Origin: Eledone cirrhosa | Taxonomy: Eukaryota | Assembly: GCA_964016885.1 (NCBI GenBank) | Contig: OZ024745.1 | Location: 21,080,001 to 21,144,000 of the forward strand | DNA length: 64,000 nt | Direction: 5' to 3' | Shown here: positions 1 to 13,911 of the stretch, piece after piece | Numbering within the stretch: the stretch's first letter is position 1 | How the letters are laid out: each line of letters opens with the position of its first letter | Translations under genes and position numbers: made by a program | The notes under the pieces: generated by a model | What the model was told of the DNA's origin: nothing | Databases searched by the model: none | The model's input: only the letters and a program-made list of their open reading frames with translations

Positions 1-1047
1 CGCTCAGTCATTCAGTACTATTAAAACCTTCTTTGTCTTTGTGTTGGTTATATTTTCATATTTTTATTGTTTTTTCCATTATTTCCTTTAACATATTTAT
101 TTGTATCTTGGCTATTTTTCCTTCTCGAAACCTCTTGCACAATTTTGTTTCGTTTTACCCCATCAAATTCAAATTTTGTTATGGTTGAATTTAAATGTCA
201 TTACTTTTACGTTTATATAATAAACACCTGATATTAAGATTGATTCAAATCACTAGACCTTTCGAAGCCTTGTGTATTAATTTATTTACGGATGTCATAT
301 CCTATATTTTTCGATAGTAATGCCTTTGAAATCAGCAATGCAATACACCGTGTCTTGTATGAAAATCTGTTGGCAAAGTTGCTATTCTATACGCTTTAAA
401 CATCACTGATTCACTTGAATCGAATGTTTCTTATGATGTAGCTTAGTCGTAGCTTTTGTTGATGGATGTCCCTCTGCAACATTTATTCGAAGAAGCCCAA
501 AGCTCAGTTGTATCAACCCCACCCTTCATTCTCTTTATTAATGAGATACTCACAGCTACGTCAAAGCCTATATCCATCACTCATAATAGATAGATATATC
601 CATTCTCACCTCCATTCACGCACACGTACAGGTTACACCGACATTCAACTTCAATTTCCTTAGTCTAAAATGCTCGTCCATACGCCTTGATATAATCTTA
701 GAATGGCAACTTGACTATTTGGGATTATGAAATAGAACTAACATAAAAGCGCTAAGCCTTTAGGTCTTCTATGTCAAGTTTCTCATGACAGGGACAATAT
801 GCAGCAAGAGGCATCATTCCTGTTTAAAATTGTAGGCTTTCTGATCATTGCTAGCCTTTTATGTTAACATTTCATTCACCCAGTTAGAAATGGTTTCCAT
901 CTTAGTCCCTAAAGTGTATTAGAGATGATGTACTATAACCAAAGTTTAAATACACTTTATATTGCTAATCATGTACATGGGACAGTACACTTCTCACCTC
1001 ATCTCCTACACACACAAACATACTTATATGTGTGTATATGTAAGTAT

Positions 1048-1205
1048 AGGCGGCGAATTTGCAGAGTCGTTAAAACATCGGATAAAAGGTTTTGCTGTAA
1101 TCGTTCTCACCTTAAGCTCTCTGATTTCAAATCTCACCGAGGTCAACTTCACCTTTAAGTGTTCCGAATTCGATAAAAGTTACCAGTGCAATAAAGGGGT
1201 TCATT
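1048..1205 (+). mobile_element. Degenerate tRNA-derived SINE (Nin/Deu-core type)
   Basis: GGCGGCGAATTTGCAG head, B-box-like TTCAAATC, decayed GAGGTCAACTTCACCTTT...TCGATAAAAGTTACCAG core shared with other copies in the window. Confidence 0.6.
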
Positions 1206-1540
1206 TTACCTCTATATACCCCCCACCCATCTCTCTCTCTCTCTCTGGAAGAAATCGGCTGTGAACAGTCCGAGAAAGGAGAAGGGATCTGACAGGTTTA
1301 AAGTGCCCAAGGAACGTTGTGTGTCAGAGCCATGTCCCATGATTTCACCTGAAGTTACGGGTCCATATTTATAAGTACGTATACATATATATGCGTGTAT
1401 ATATGTCATGTATGAATGTGTATATATATATATATATATATATGCATGTATGTATAATAAATTATATATACGTGCACACCAACATAAATATATACACATA
1501 TAGATGTGTGTGTGTGTGTGTGCTATATGTGGATAGACTC

Positions 1541-1684
1541 ATGTCGAGACCTCTGGTGTCCTTGTTCCTCGCTCTGCTTATTTCCTCAGTAAAATCGGAA
1601 ACAATGCAGACAGGTACGAAGAGGAAGAGGTCTGTCAGACCTATTCTACTCGAGGCTTTAGTAAAAGAGGCATTCTCTAGATAA
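1541..1684 (+). CDS. Possible 47-aa small secreted peptide or signal-peptide exon
   Basis: ATG..TAA in a unique island. MSRPLVSLFLALLISSVKS looks like a signal peptide and is followed by KRKR. Possible donor AG|GTACGA near 1613. No homology recognised. Confidence 0.2.
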   Translation: MSRPLVSLFLALLISSVKSETMQTGTKRKRSVRPILLEALVKEAFSR

Positions 1685-1937
1685 CAGCAGAGAAAACGAA
1701 CCTAAAACCGTGTGGTCGCAAAGCAAACGTTTAACCACATAACCCACGCCAAGCCGTATAAGTAAAATTTGGCTGTCAGTGGTAAGCGGTAAACTACGAA
1801 CGTTAAAATTCTTAGACCTTTATATATACCATACCAACTCTGTCTCTCAGTCTCACACATAGCATTACCACACATACACACACATATGTACATACACACA
1901 CATACACACACATGCCCATATACACATACACAAACAT

Positions 1938-2009
<72 letters not shown>

Positions 2010-2169
2010 CAAACGAACCGTTTCAATGTCCAAGAAAACTCACGCTAAAATATATTATATATCTTTATTACGTAAATAAATCAACAACAACATCAGCAGT
2101 CATTTGCAAAAACAACAACAGCCTTTCACAGAAATAATACTATTATTATGGTAATAATCAGTAGCAATG

Positions 2170-2174
2170 CAACA

Positions 2175-2264
<90 letters not shown>

Positions 2265-2285
2265 GCTACTACTACTGCTGCTCTG

Positions 2286-2353
<68 letters not shown>

Positions 2354-3405
2354 GTTGCTGCTGCTACTACTACTGCTGCTGCTACTACTACTACTACTAC
2401 TACTACAAAACAGCAACTACTTCTATTGCTACCGCCATCATTACCAATACTATCACTACGACGACATCAACCACTATCATAACCACTACTACTACCATTA
2501 CCAACACCACCATCTCAACTATCCTTACCACCACCACCGCCACCACCAACACCACCACACCACTACCACCACCGCCACCACCAACACCATCACTACCGCC
2601 ACCACCACAAACACCACTACCACCACCAACACCAAAACCACCACCAGCACCGCTACCACCATCGCCACCACCACCACCACCAACACCACCACCACCAACA
2701 CCATCACTACCACCACCACCACTACCACCACCAACACCACCACACCACCACCACCGCTACCACCATCGCCACCACCACCACCACCACCACCAACACCATC
2801 ACCACCAACACCACACCACCACCACCGCCACCACCACCGCTACCACCATCACCACCACACCACCACCACACCACCACCACCGCTACCACCACCACACCAC
2901 CAACACCGCCGCCACCACCCACACCACCACCACCACCACCACCACCACCACACCACCACACCACCACCACCACCACTACCGCCATCACCACCACCACCAC
3001 CACCATCACCACCACCACCACCACCACCACCACCACCACCACCACCACCACCACCACCACCATCACCACCACACCACCACCACCACCACCACCACCACCA
3101 CCACCACCACACCACCACCACCACCACCACCACCAATAGAACAACAACATTAACACCTCCAGCACCACCAGCACCACCACCAAGACAACCACCACCACCA
3201 CCACCACCACCACCATCACCACCACCACCACCACCACCACTGTGTCAGCTCTAGTTGCCACCAGTGAACCGTCCCACGGTCTGTGACGGTTCATCGACCA
3301 CATTACACAGGCTTGACATTTGCAATTCCGTCAAGTGTGTAAAACTTCGAATCAATGATCGATGGTGGCGACGACGGTAGCCGAGGGTGGTGGTGGGAGC
3401 AATTC

Positions 3406-3445
<40 letters not shown>

Positions 3446-3591
3446 GGTGGTGTTATTATAGTAATGGTGGTAGTAGTGGTGGTGGTGGTAGTATAGTAGT
3501 GGTGGTGGTAGTAGTAGCAGTAGTAGTAGTAGTAGTAATAGCGGTAGTAGTATTAGTAGTAGCGGTGGTAGTAGTAGTGGTGGTAGTAGTT

Positions 3592-3628
<37 letters not shown>

Positions 3629-3633
3629 CTGCT

Positions 3634-3688
<55 letters not shown>

Positions 3689-3702
3689 CAGCAGTAGTAG
3701 TT

Positions 3703-3739
<37 letters not shown>

Positions 3740-3746
3740 CTGCAGC

Positions 3747-3779
<33 letters not shown>

Positions 3780-3833
3780 TGTAGTAGTAGTAGTAGCTGC
3801 AGCAGCAGCAGTAGTAGTAGTAGTAGCAGTAGC

Positions 3834-3871
<38 letters not shown>

Positions 3872-3885
3872 CAGCAGTAGTAGTT

Positions 3886-3919
<34 letters not shown>

Positions 3920-3929
3920 CTGCAGCAGC

Positions 3930-3985
<56 letters not shown>

Positions 3986-5400
3986 CTGCAGCAGCAGCAG
4001 TAGTAGTTGTAGTAGTAGTAGTAGTAGCTGCAGCAGTAGTAGTAGTAGTAGTAGTAGCAGCAGCAGTAGCAGTAGTAGTAGTAGCAGTAGCAGTAGTAGT
4101 AGTAGTAGTAGTAGTGAAGGTGGTTTGTGAAAAGTGTTCATCTCAGCATGTATCAAAATCTATCATGGCCATAATCCCCCCCACCACCACCACCACCATC
4201 ATTTATATCATCATCATCATCATCATCATCAACGTCATCATCACCATCATTTATATCATCATCATCATCATCATCATCATCATTTATATCATCATCACCA
4301 TCATCACCATCATCATCACCATCACCATCACCATCACCATCATCACCATCACCAACATCATCATCACCATCACCAACATCATCATCACCAATACCATCAT
4401 CATCATCATCATCAGTCTTCGTTATCGTCGTAATAAAACAACAACAATAATAATAATTGGTTCTACTTTTGGCACAAGGCCAGAAATCTCCCAGTGTATT
4501 ACTGGTGTCATTTCTGGAAGTCATTCAGCGCTGTCGTTGATGTTGATGTCTTTATTGATGGTTGTGTTGTGTGTGTGTATGTGTGTATATGTGTGTGTAT
4601 GTGTGTGTATGTGTGTATGGTTGTGTGTGTGTGTGTGTGTATGTGTGTGTGTGTATATGTGTGTGTATGTGTGTTTGTCTGTGTGTGTGATTGTGTGTGT
4701 GTATATGTATGTATGGGTGTGTGATTGTGTTGTGTGTGTTTGTGTATGTGTGTATATGTGTGTGTATGGGTGTATGTTTGTGTGTATGTGTGTTTTATTG
4801 TGTGTGTGTGGGTGTATGGATGTGTGGTTGTGTTTGTAAGTATATGTGTGTGTATGGGTGTGTGATTGTGTAGTGTGTGTGTGTATGTGTGTATATGTGT
4901 GTGTATGGGTGTATGTTTGTGTTTGTGCGTATGTGTGTGTATATGTATGTATGGGTGTGTGATTGTGTGTGTATATGTATGTATGGGTGTGTGATTGTGT
5001 GTGTGTGTGTGTGTATATGTATGTGTATATATGTATGTACGGGTGTGTGATTGTGTGCGTGTGTGTGTATGTGTATGTGTATATGTGTATATATGTATAT
5101 GGTGTATCTGTGTGTGTACGGGTGTGTGATTGTGTGCGTGTGTGTTTATGTATATATGAGTGTGTATGAGGGTGTGATTCTGTGCGTGTGTGTGTATGTG
5201 TATGATTGTGTGTGTATAGGTGTGTGATTGTGTGTGTTTGTGTGTGTGTGTGTGTATGTACATGTGTGTGATTGTGTGTGTGTGTGTATGCACGGGTGTG
5301 TGATTGTATATGGTGTATGTGTGTGCGTATGGGTGTGTGATTGTGTACGTGTGTGTGTGTGTATTTGTATGTACGGGTGTGTGTGCGTGTGTGTGTGTGT
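2170..5400. repeat. Compound microsatellite block: (CTA)n, (CAC)n, (TAG)n, (CAT)n, degenerate (TG)n
   Basis: Directly visible; explains the poly-T/L/H/P/V ORFs. Confidence 0.95.
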
Positions 5401-5904
5401 TTTACGAGCTGCGCATAAATAATAAAGAAAAATGAAAAAGGGCGATAAAAAAGAAAAGTAGAGAAAGTAATAAGAAAGGGAGTAAGACACAGAGGAAGGG
5501 GCAGGAGAAGAGGAATAGATGGAGGAAGAAATAGGATTGATGAGTTAGGAGTGGTAAGAAAGGAGGGGGGGAGGTGTTAGGGTGACGGTTAAGTATATTT
5601 GGTGTTGGGCAAGGTTTTCATCGATATTTCATAATTACGAATTGCGCGTAGCGCTTATTGGAGCTTCAGTAATCCCACTCATGCGCAATCTATCGAGCAA
5701 CTGAAACGTGGAAACAAGCAATGCCAAAGCAACCAATCACAAGATTACCTCTCCATCGTATATATATATATATATATAATATGTAACCCATGTGCAACCA
5801 CGCAGTATTCCTCTTTCTTCCCATGTTTTTTATAAATATATATACATATATATAGTGAAAACTTGGACGGGAACAAAAACAGAGAGGCAGTACAAATAAA
5901 TGTT

Positions 5905-5954
<50 letters not shown>

Positions 5955-6053
5955 AACATATATAAGTTAAAACAATGAAATCAAAATTCAAGTCATTAGG
6001 AATATACTTCACTGCTTTACGATCGTTTCTAGGTGATACTTAACCGTGGATAT

Positions 6054-6098
<45 letters not shown>

Positions 6099-6105
6099 TC
6101 TGTAA

Positions 6106-6170
<65 letters not shown>

Positions 6171-6589
6171 CGGAAAAGGAAAAAAAGGAAAACAGTGCCC
6201 AATCGGGAAGAGAGCTGATATATTATATCATTGATTTCTAACCCTTCCAAGGTCTCAGATTCTTTTCTGCATATGCTGCATCGAAAGAAGTACGAAGACG
6301 CTTGTTCTTGAAGATTTTTTTGAGTGAAGAAAGGCCTTGCACTGGACCAATCCCACTCTCTGAACCTCGCTGACAGGTAGCCAAAAAGAAGAATAGATCA
6401 TCATTAACTGTTGTCGAGTCACATGTTTTACATCAGAGTTTTACTTTTAGAATTAGGGGCCTCTCACCCTTGGCGGATTAACCACACCCTCAGATACCAT
6501 AGCGAGTATTCCTATGTCCCCGCACGTACATACACACGCATATACATACATACACACACACACATACATACATATATACATGATGGCTG

Positions 6590-7102
6590 GCCCCTCGTTA
6601 TCGAGTATGGCCATTGCATGATACACCATAATTAATAATTATTAATTAATTCTATCGTGCAATGCCTGTACGTGAAGATATTTTTTAAAGTGAGGAAAGA
6701 CTGTGCACTGAGCCAATCCCACTCTCTGAGCGACAGTAGCTATAACCCGAAAAGAAGAAAAGATCAACATCATTAGTAACTACTGAGCCGCAGGTTTTAT
6801 GTTGGAGTTATCCCAGTTTCCTGAGTTGCCTTCTCCTAGAAGAATGCCCTGACAAAGGCTAGGGGTCCTTCACTCCCAGTGGTTTAACCGCGCGATCGGT
6901 TTACACACTTTTAGATGGCCGTTGACTCTTATGGGTTCTTCCGTCCTTTGTCAGGTTTTGTTTTTTGACCTGCAGGGTGTCCAAAATCACAATCCTCACA
7001 ATGTAAACTTGGTGGGGTTGCAGGTTTAGTCGCCGACGACCCGACCATGCGACAGGTTGTACTGGGTTACATGTTACCTGTAACACTCAAGAGTGACCCG
7101 AT
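6590..7102 (-). mobile_element. Dispersed repeat resembling the 5' UTR of an RTE-type retroposon; older diverged copy at about 6270-6500
   Basis: 6590-6899 is the reverse complement of about 46837-47145. Contains GTCTAGGAGAAGGCAACTC-like and GGCGACTAAA motifs that I associate with RTE leaders. Confidence 0.55.
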
Positions 7103-7796
7103 ATACATACATACATACATACGTACATACATACATACATACATACATACATACATACATACATACATACATACATACATACATTAATGCATTCATACAT
7201 AATACATACATACATACACACACATATATATTTACATATAAATAAATGTGTGTGTATGTGAGTGCGTTTGTGTATGTGCGTGTGTATGTATTATGTGTGT
7301 GTGTATGTATGTGTGTGTGTGTGATAGAAACGACGTCTACTTTTCCAAGTTTTATTTCCATACCTCCTTTCTTTAATATATACGTGTCTGTCTCTGACAC
7401 TTTTTTCAATCAGTTTTGTTGTTGTGTTTATTTCTTTATGTGTAATTGTTTTTGTTATTTTTTTTTTTCAATTCGTCAGCAACCTCTGGGGAAGAATTTT
7501 ATATAGAGACATTTCAGTAGCGCCGGTTTAGACATTCCTCCATCCTTTTCTCCTCTATGTGTCAAAATGACATGACGTCTATCGTGATAGTACCTGTCAA
7601 GACAATCTTTCTAACCCGTTCGAGATTTGCGCCATTGTTATATGTATAAGGCACTAACTTTTCCACTAGATTTCAGTCGACCTACATGAGATGATGCTTT
7701 CCACCATTTTAAATAGATCCTTCGTTGCCATTGATAACATTCATTATATCGCCGTCTGTTTAGCCGTGTGTATATGTGGGTCAATATATGCGCATG

Positions 7797-7918
<122 letters not shown>

Positions 7919-7919
7919 A

Positions 7920-8002
<83 letters not shown>

Positions 8003-8427
8003 AAAAGTTATGAAACGAAAGGAGCTGTGTGGTTACTAAAAACAAGGTTGAGGATGGTGGTTAGGACGGAACAGGAGGAGAAAGGAATTTCCATCGTCAG
8101 CTGTAAATGTATCCCGAACCGATGTTTCGGCGCTGAATTACATGACATCCGTGTAGTTCGGGTGCTCCCGAGGCCTTTTATTAATCAAAAGGCCAGGTGG
8201 AAAAGGAGAGAGAAAGAGAGAAAAAAAGGAGAAAGAAAAGGAAAGTGCGGGAAAGGAGGAAGAACAGATGAGGAGAGAGGAAGAAGGGGAAAAATAGGAA
8301 AGGAATAGAAGAAAAAAAAGTGTACAGATCCCATCGTGGGAAGACACAGGTGAAAGAAACATGCAAAAAAGTAACCGCGGAAAAATAGGGAAAGTAAGTT
8401 GTGGCCAATCTGGGAGACTTTAGCCTG

Positions 8428-8782
8428 GTGGTCAGCTACGACTCAGAGCTGGTATAACCGTGGTCAGCTACGACTCAGAGGTGGTATAACCGTGGTCAGC
8501 TACGACTCAGAGCTGGTATAACCGTGGTCAGCTACGACTCAGAGCTGGTATAACCGTGGTCAGCTACGACTCAGAGCTGGTATAACCGTGGTCAGCTACG
8601 ACTCAGAGCTGGTATAATCGTGGTCAGCTACGACTCAGAGCTGGTATAACCGTGGTCAGCTACGACTCAGAGCTGGTATAATCGTGGTCAGCTACGACTC
8701 AGAGCTGGTATAATCGTGGTCAGCTACGACTCAGAGCTGGTATAACCATGGTCAGCTACGACTCAGAGCTGGTATAACCGTG
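8428..8782. repeat. Minisatellite, 32-bp unit, about 11 copies (TGGTCAGCTACGACTCAGAGCTGGTATAACCG)
   Basis: Near-identical head-to-tail units with no spacers. Confidence 0.95.
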
Positions 8783-8916
8783 CTGTCTCTCGCATAGACA
8801 GGAGAAAGTGAGAGAGAGAGAGACACGGGCAACCAAAAGTGAGGAGGAGAAGGGAAAGGGAGATAATCCAGACGGGTTTTTTTTACGACGGTGGTAAAAA
8901 CGTGCCGCAAAGATTG

Positions 8917-9007
<91 letters not shown>

Positions 9008-9152
9008 TTATCAACTAATACCTTAACACTTCACACAAAGTAAAACATTTCGCTTTAATCATTTTCTAACCCAGAAAAAAGAGAGAGAGAGAGACAATAA
9101 AAAGGGAAAAAAACTATATTTTTCTTCCTCATAATCGTCTCTTTCTCCTTGT

Positions 9153-9222
<70 letters not shown>

Positions 9223-9616
9223 CATTCTGGGGAGAAGTTCTCCGTATGTTCATACTATTAGCGATCTATGTAAAATATATTTCAAATTATTTCTAAAGAC
9301 GGCGGGTAGGGAAGACGTATGTATATTTTCTTACTTTGATAATTTGTAATATATTTTACATAGATCATTAATAGAATGAATATACGGAGAACTACCCACA
9401 GTAACGATCGTAAAATAATGAGTTTTACTATGAATGACCCGTATTTTGTTTAATTTCATTGTTTTCACTATTTGTATTATTTTGACTGTGCTTCCAATGA
9501 ATTATATCGTTGAAATTTTGTATATTAAACTTTGCTTCACGACTTCTTCTACATACGGATTACATTGAGTTCTTCATACGGCTTGGACCCTACCATTTAA
9601 TTGGTATATTTATGTG

Positions 9617-10532
<916 letters not shown>

Positions 10533-10595
10533 ATATATCCGGCATACCGCATATGGACGCATCGTAGCTACCTTAAGACATATATATATATATGC

Positions 10596-10663
<68 letters not shown>

Positions 10664-10831
10664 CAATATGTTGAAAGAGAGAGAGATAGTACGCCATCCA
10701 TCAAACAGGGAAAAACCACCAGTTATGGAATCTATAGCCTATGGAAGGCAGAGTAGACACACGATAATTAAAAGTATAAATTAAAGTGTCAATACATACC
10801 TCGATAACTATCTAACACACACGTACAAATC

Positions 10832-10896
10832 CAAAATAATCTATTTCGCCAAATAAGTTGTTGACAAAACTAATTAACCCATGGTTCATCAGCTAT
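10832..10896 (-). ncRNA. Hammerhead ribozyme-like motif (type I, degenerate)
   Basis: Minus strand: ATAG CTGATGA [ACCATGGGTT...AACTTATTTGGC] GAAA TAGATTA TT TTG; helix I is weak. Confidence 0.45.
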
Positions 10897-11331
10897 ACAT
10901 ATCAGACAACTCTAAGAGAATATAAAGCGACCATGCAGCCACACGTGGGAGAGAGAATTCACAGCGTGCCTAGGGGAGTAACCAGTGGCCTCTGAGGGAC
11001 GAGCTGCTAGAAATGGCAGCCCAAATCACACAGAGAAGTGTGCTCAACCAATCAGAGAGAGGAAAGACTGTTATAAGGAGCGAAATATCACTATAAATTA
11101 ACTGAGCCACAGACTCTCGCTATTCCCGGAGAGTAATGTGCTCAAAAGAAAAGGAATCCCGAGCTCTTTAAAATACAATATGTTGAAAAGATAACACACC
11201 AGAGAGAGAAAGATAGTGCGCCATCAATCAAACAGGGAAAAACCAATTCCAGTCTTGGCAGTCTGGAATTGAACTGCCAAGACTGGAATTGAACCATCAG
11301 CACAGTTGAGGTATGTCATACATCAATTTAT

Positions 11332-11381
11332 ATATTTTATCTGATGAGGACGTACTGAAAAAATAGTACATAATAAAATAT
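11332..11381 (+). ncRNA. Hammerhead ribozyme-like motif (type I)
   Basis: ATATTTTAT CTGATGA GGACGTACT GAAA AAATAGTACA TA ATAAAATAT; perfect 9-bp helix I, poor helices II and III. Confidence 0.5.
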
Positions 11382-11520
11382 CTTTTGATTACGTGAATGT
11401 CTATATTTATTAATATTTAGAATTAATATTAATGACTCCAGAAAATTTAACTGTTGAGTTCTTCTAATCTATTGTAAAACTATATTCATTGATTAATCAA
11501 TGAACCTGTTTAACTTTTGG

Positions 11521-11595
<75 letters not shown>

Positions 11596-11964
11596 AATGT
11601 ATATATATATATATGTATGTATATATATATATATACATTCACATATACCAATATTGATATGTTATAAAATACAGGGAAAACTAAATGTCATATGCGTCTA
11701 TGCGTATGTAAATGCAATTGGATACATACCTATATATATATATATATATATATATATGCATGTATGTGTATATATATATATATGTGTGTGTGTGTGGTGT
11801 GTGTGTGTGTGTGTCTGTGTATGAATTAACCTCATTGATTAACGTATATGGCTACTCTAACCATTTGAGTTTGAATTTTAATAATCCGAACTTAATTGCC
11901 TATTGAGTGAGGGAGAAAAGCACCGAAGCTATGTCCATTTTATTCGACAAGTCTCTTAAATATA

Positions 11965-12051
<87 letters not shown>

Positions 12052-12069
12052 TGAGAGAGAGATACAGAT

Positions 12070-12690
12070 ATATATATACTACTGGTAGTACATTTTATTG
12101 ACTTCGGTGGGATTTGAACTCTGAAATTAAAGAACCGTAACAAATATGACACTCTAATGATTCTACCAGCCACTTCCCTAATAATAATTGTTTCTACTTT
12201 AGGCACAAGGCCAGCAATTACCCAGTGCATTACTGGTATTTTATTTTATCGACCCCGTAAGGATGAAAGGCAAAGTCAACCTCGGCGGGATTTGAACTCA
12301 GATCGTAAAGGGACGTAACTATGCTGGAAAGCATGGCGTCCGACCCTCTACCGATACTGCCAATCCACCGCCCTAATAATAATAATTTCTAATTGAAGCA
12401 AAGGGCTGGGAGTGAGGAACGTCGATTATGTCGACCCCAGTATATGACTAGTACTATATTTAATCAACACCTAAGGCTAAAATCAAAAGTTTTCTTCGAC
12501 AGGATTTGAACCCAGTTTTAAAAGTCTTGGAACAATTTTGTTCCGATGTACTAACGACCCTGACAATCCGGGTTGTTGTTCGTTTTTTTAACATAGGCAC
12601 AAATCCAAGAATTTGGAAGGAGAGTACTGAAGTATATCAACCCCAGCAGATAACTGGTACTATATTTTGTCGACCCTGGAAAAATGTCTT
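12070..12690 (-). mobile_element. Cluster of 3-4 same-orientation tRNA-SINE copies; best copy 12186-12373
   Basis: Reverse complement of GGCGGTGGATTGGCAGTATCGGTAGAG...GAGTTCAAATCCCGCCGAGG...CCTTTCATCCTTACGGGGTCGATAAAAT. Confidence 0.85.
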
Positions 12691-13483
12691 CGTTGTCGAT
12701 CACATAGTTGTCATTATCATCAACTAGTAGCATTAACAGGAAAAACGTGTAAAATATGTAATAATAGCAATACCATCATGATCAGCAGCAATATACCACC
12801 ACCACCACCACCACCAGCACCAGCACAATCGTCACTACCATCACCACCACAACCACCACCCCCACCTCCACCACCATCACCATCACCTCCACCACCATCA
12901 CCACCATCACCACCACCACCACCACCACTACCACCTCCACCTCCACAACCACCACCATCACCACCATCACCACCACCACCACCACCACCACTGTCACCAC
13001 CACCACCATCATCATCATGAACTTCATCACCGTAATGTTTACAATCCCATCACAAGTAATTACGAGAATACAACAACAATAATAGCAACGATAACAAATA
13101 CAACAACAACAACAATCAAATAACAACCACATCAACAACAATCAAATAACAACCACATCAACAACAACCACAACAACAACCACATCAACAACAACCACAA
13201 CAACAACCACATCAACAACAACCACAACAACAACCACATCAACAACAACCACAACAACAACCACATCAACAACAACCACAACAACAACCACATCAACAAC
13301 CACATCAGCAACAACCACAACAACAACCACAATAACAACAACAACAACCAACAAACTATACAAGTAAAGACAAACAAAACAAAACCAATAAAAAACAACA
13401 AAATCAAACTTTGTATCCAATCAACATTGATGTCTGTTCCTTGTGGAACGCTGAGGAGAAAATGTAGGTCTCTCTCTCTCTTG

Positions 13484-13523
<40 letters not shown>

Positions 13524-13911
13524 TAATCTAGCTGTCGTCTGTTCTACAGTGTGGATGTCATTCACTTCGCACAGAAGTTTTGTTCAAATTTATTGAGGAA
13601 ATTTTGTGAGTTCAAACTTAATTTTGATACAATTGTGTAGCTTGACCCTCCGTCTGAACTGTCAGGCGGTGGGTCAGCTCATCTTTACCCCTCCTAGAGG
13701 TGAAAAACCTGTTTTAAAAAATTTTGTGTAAAAAATTTCAATCGTCTAACAGAAATGTTAAACGCAGCGAACGAAAATAGTGGTGGGGGGACAGCGGTAA
13801 GAGTTGTAAGCTCGCACGCTTTAGTCCTCCCTTCCTTCCCAACTAACGTCATAGAGAAGGAAGGAAAAATGAAAATAAAAACGGACGAATCTGCGGAGGA
13901 AAAAAAATTAA

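Noticed and set aside
3255-4170. FYVE-like motifs RRRHHR and KVVCEKCS
   Set aside because: They are on opposite strands, the required cysteines are missing, and there is no consistent splice structure.
2126-5490. Long ORFs (poly-T/H/P/V/L), also at 19.4-20.4, 23.7-24.8, 31.8-32.9, 38.9-41.5 and 53-56 kb
   Set aside because: Translations of stop-free microsatellites, open in several frames and on both strands.
8428-8782. CRISPR array
   Set aside because: The 32-bp units are contiguous with no unique spacers, there are no cas genes, and the context is eukaryotic.
12186-12373. tRNA gene
   Set aside because: A/B-box head is followed by a shared SINE core in many dispersed copies; no complete cloverleaf seen.
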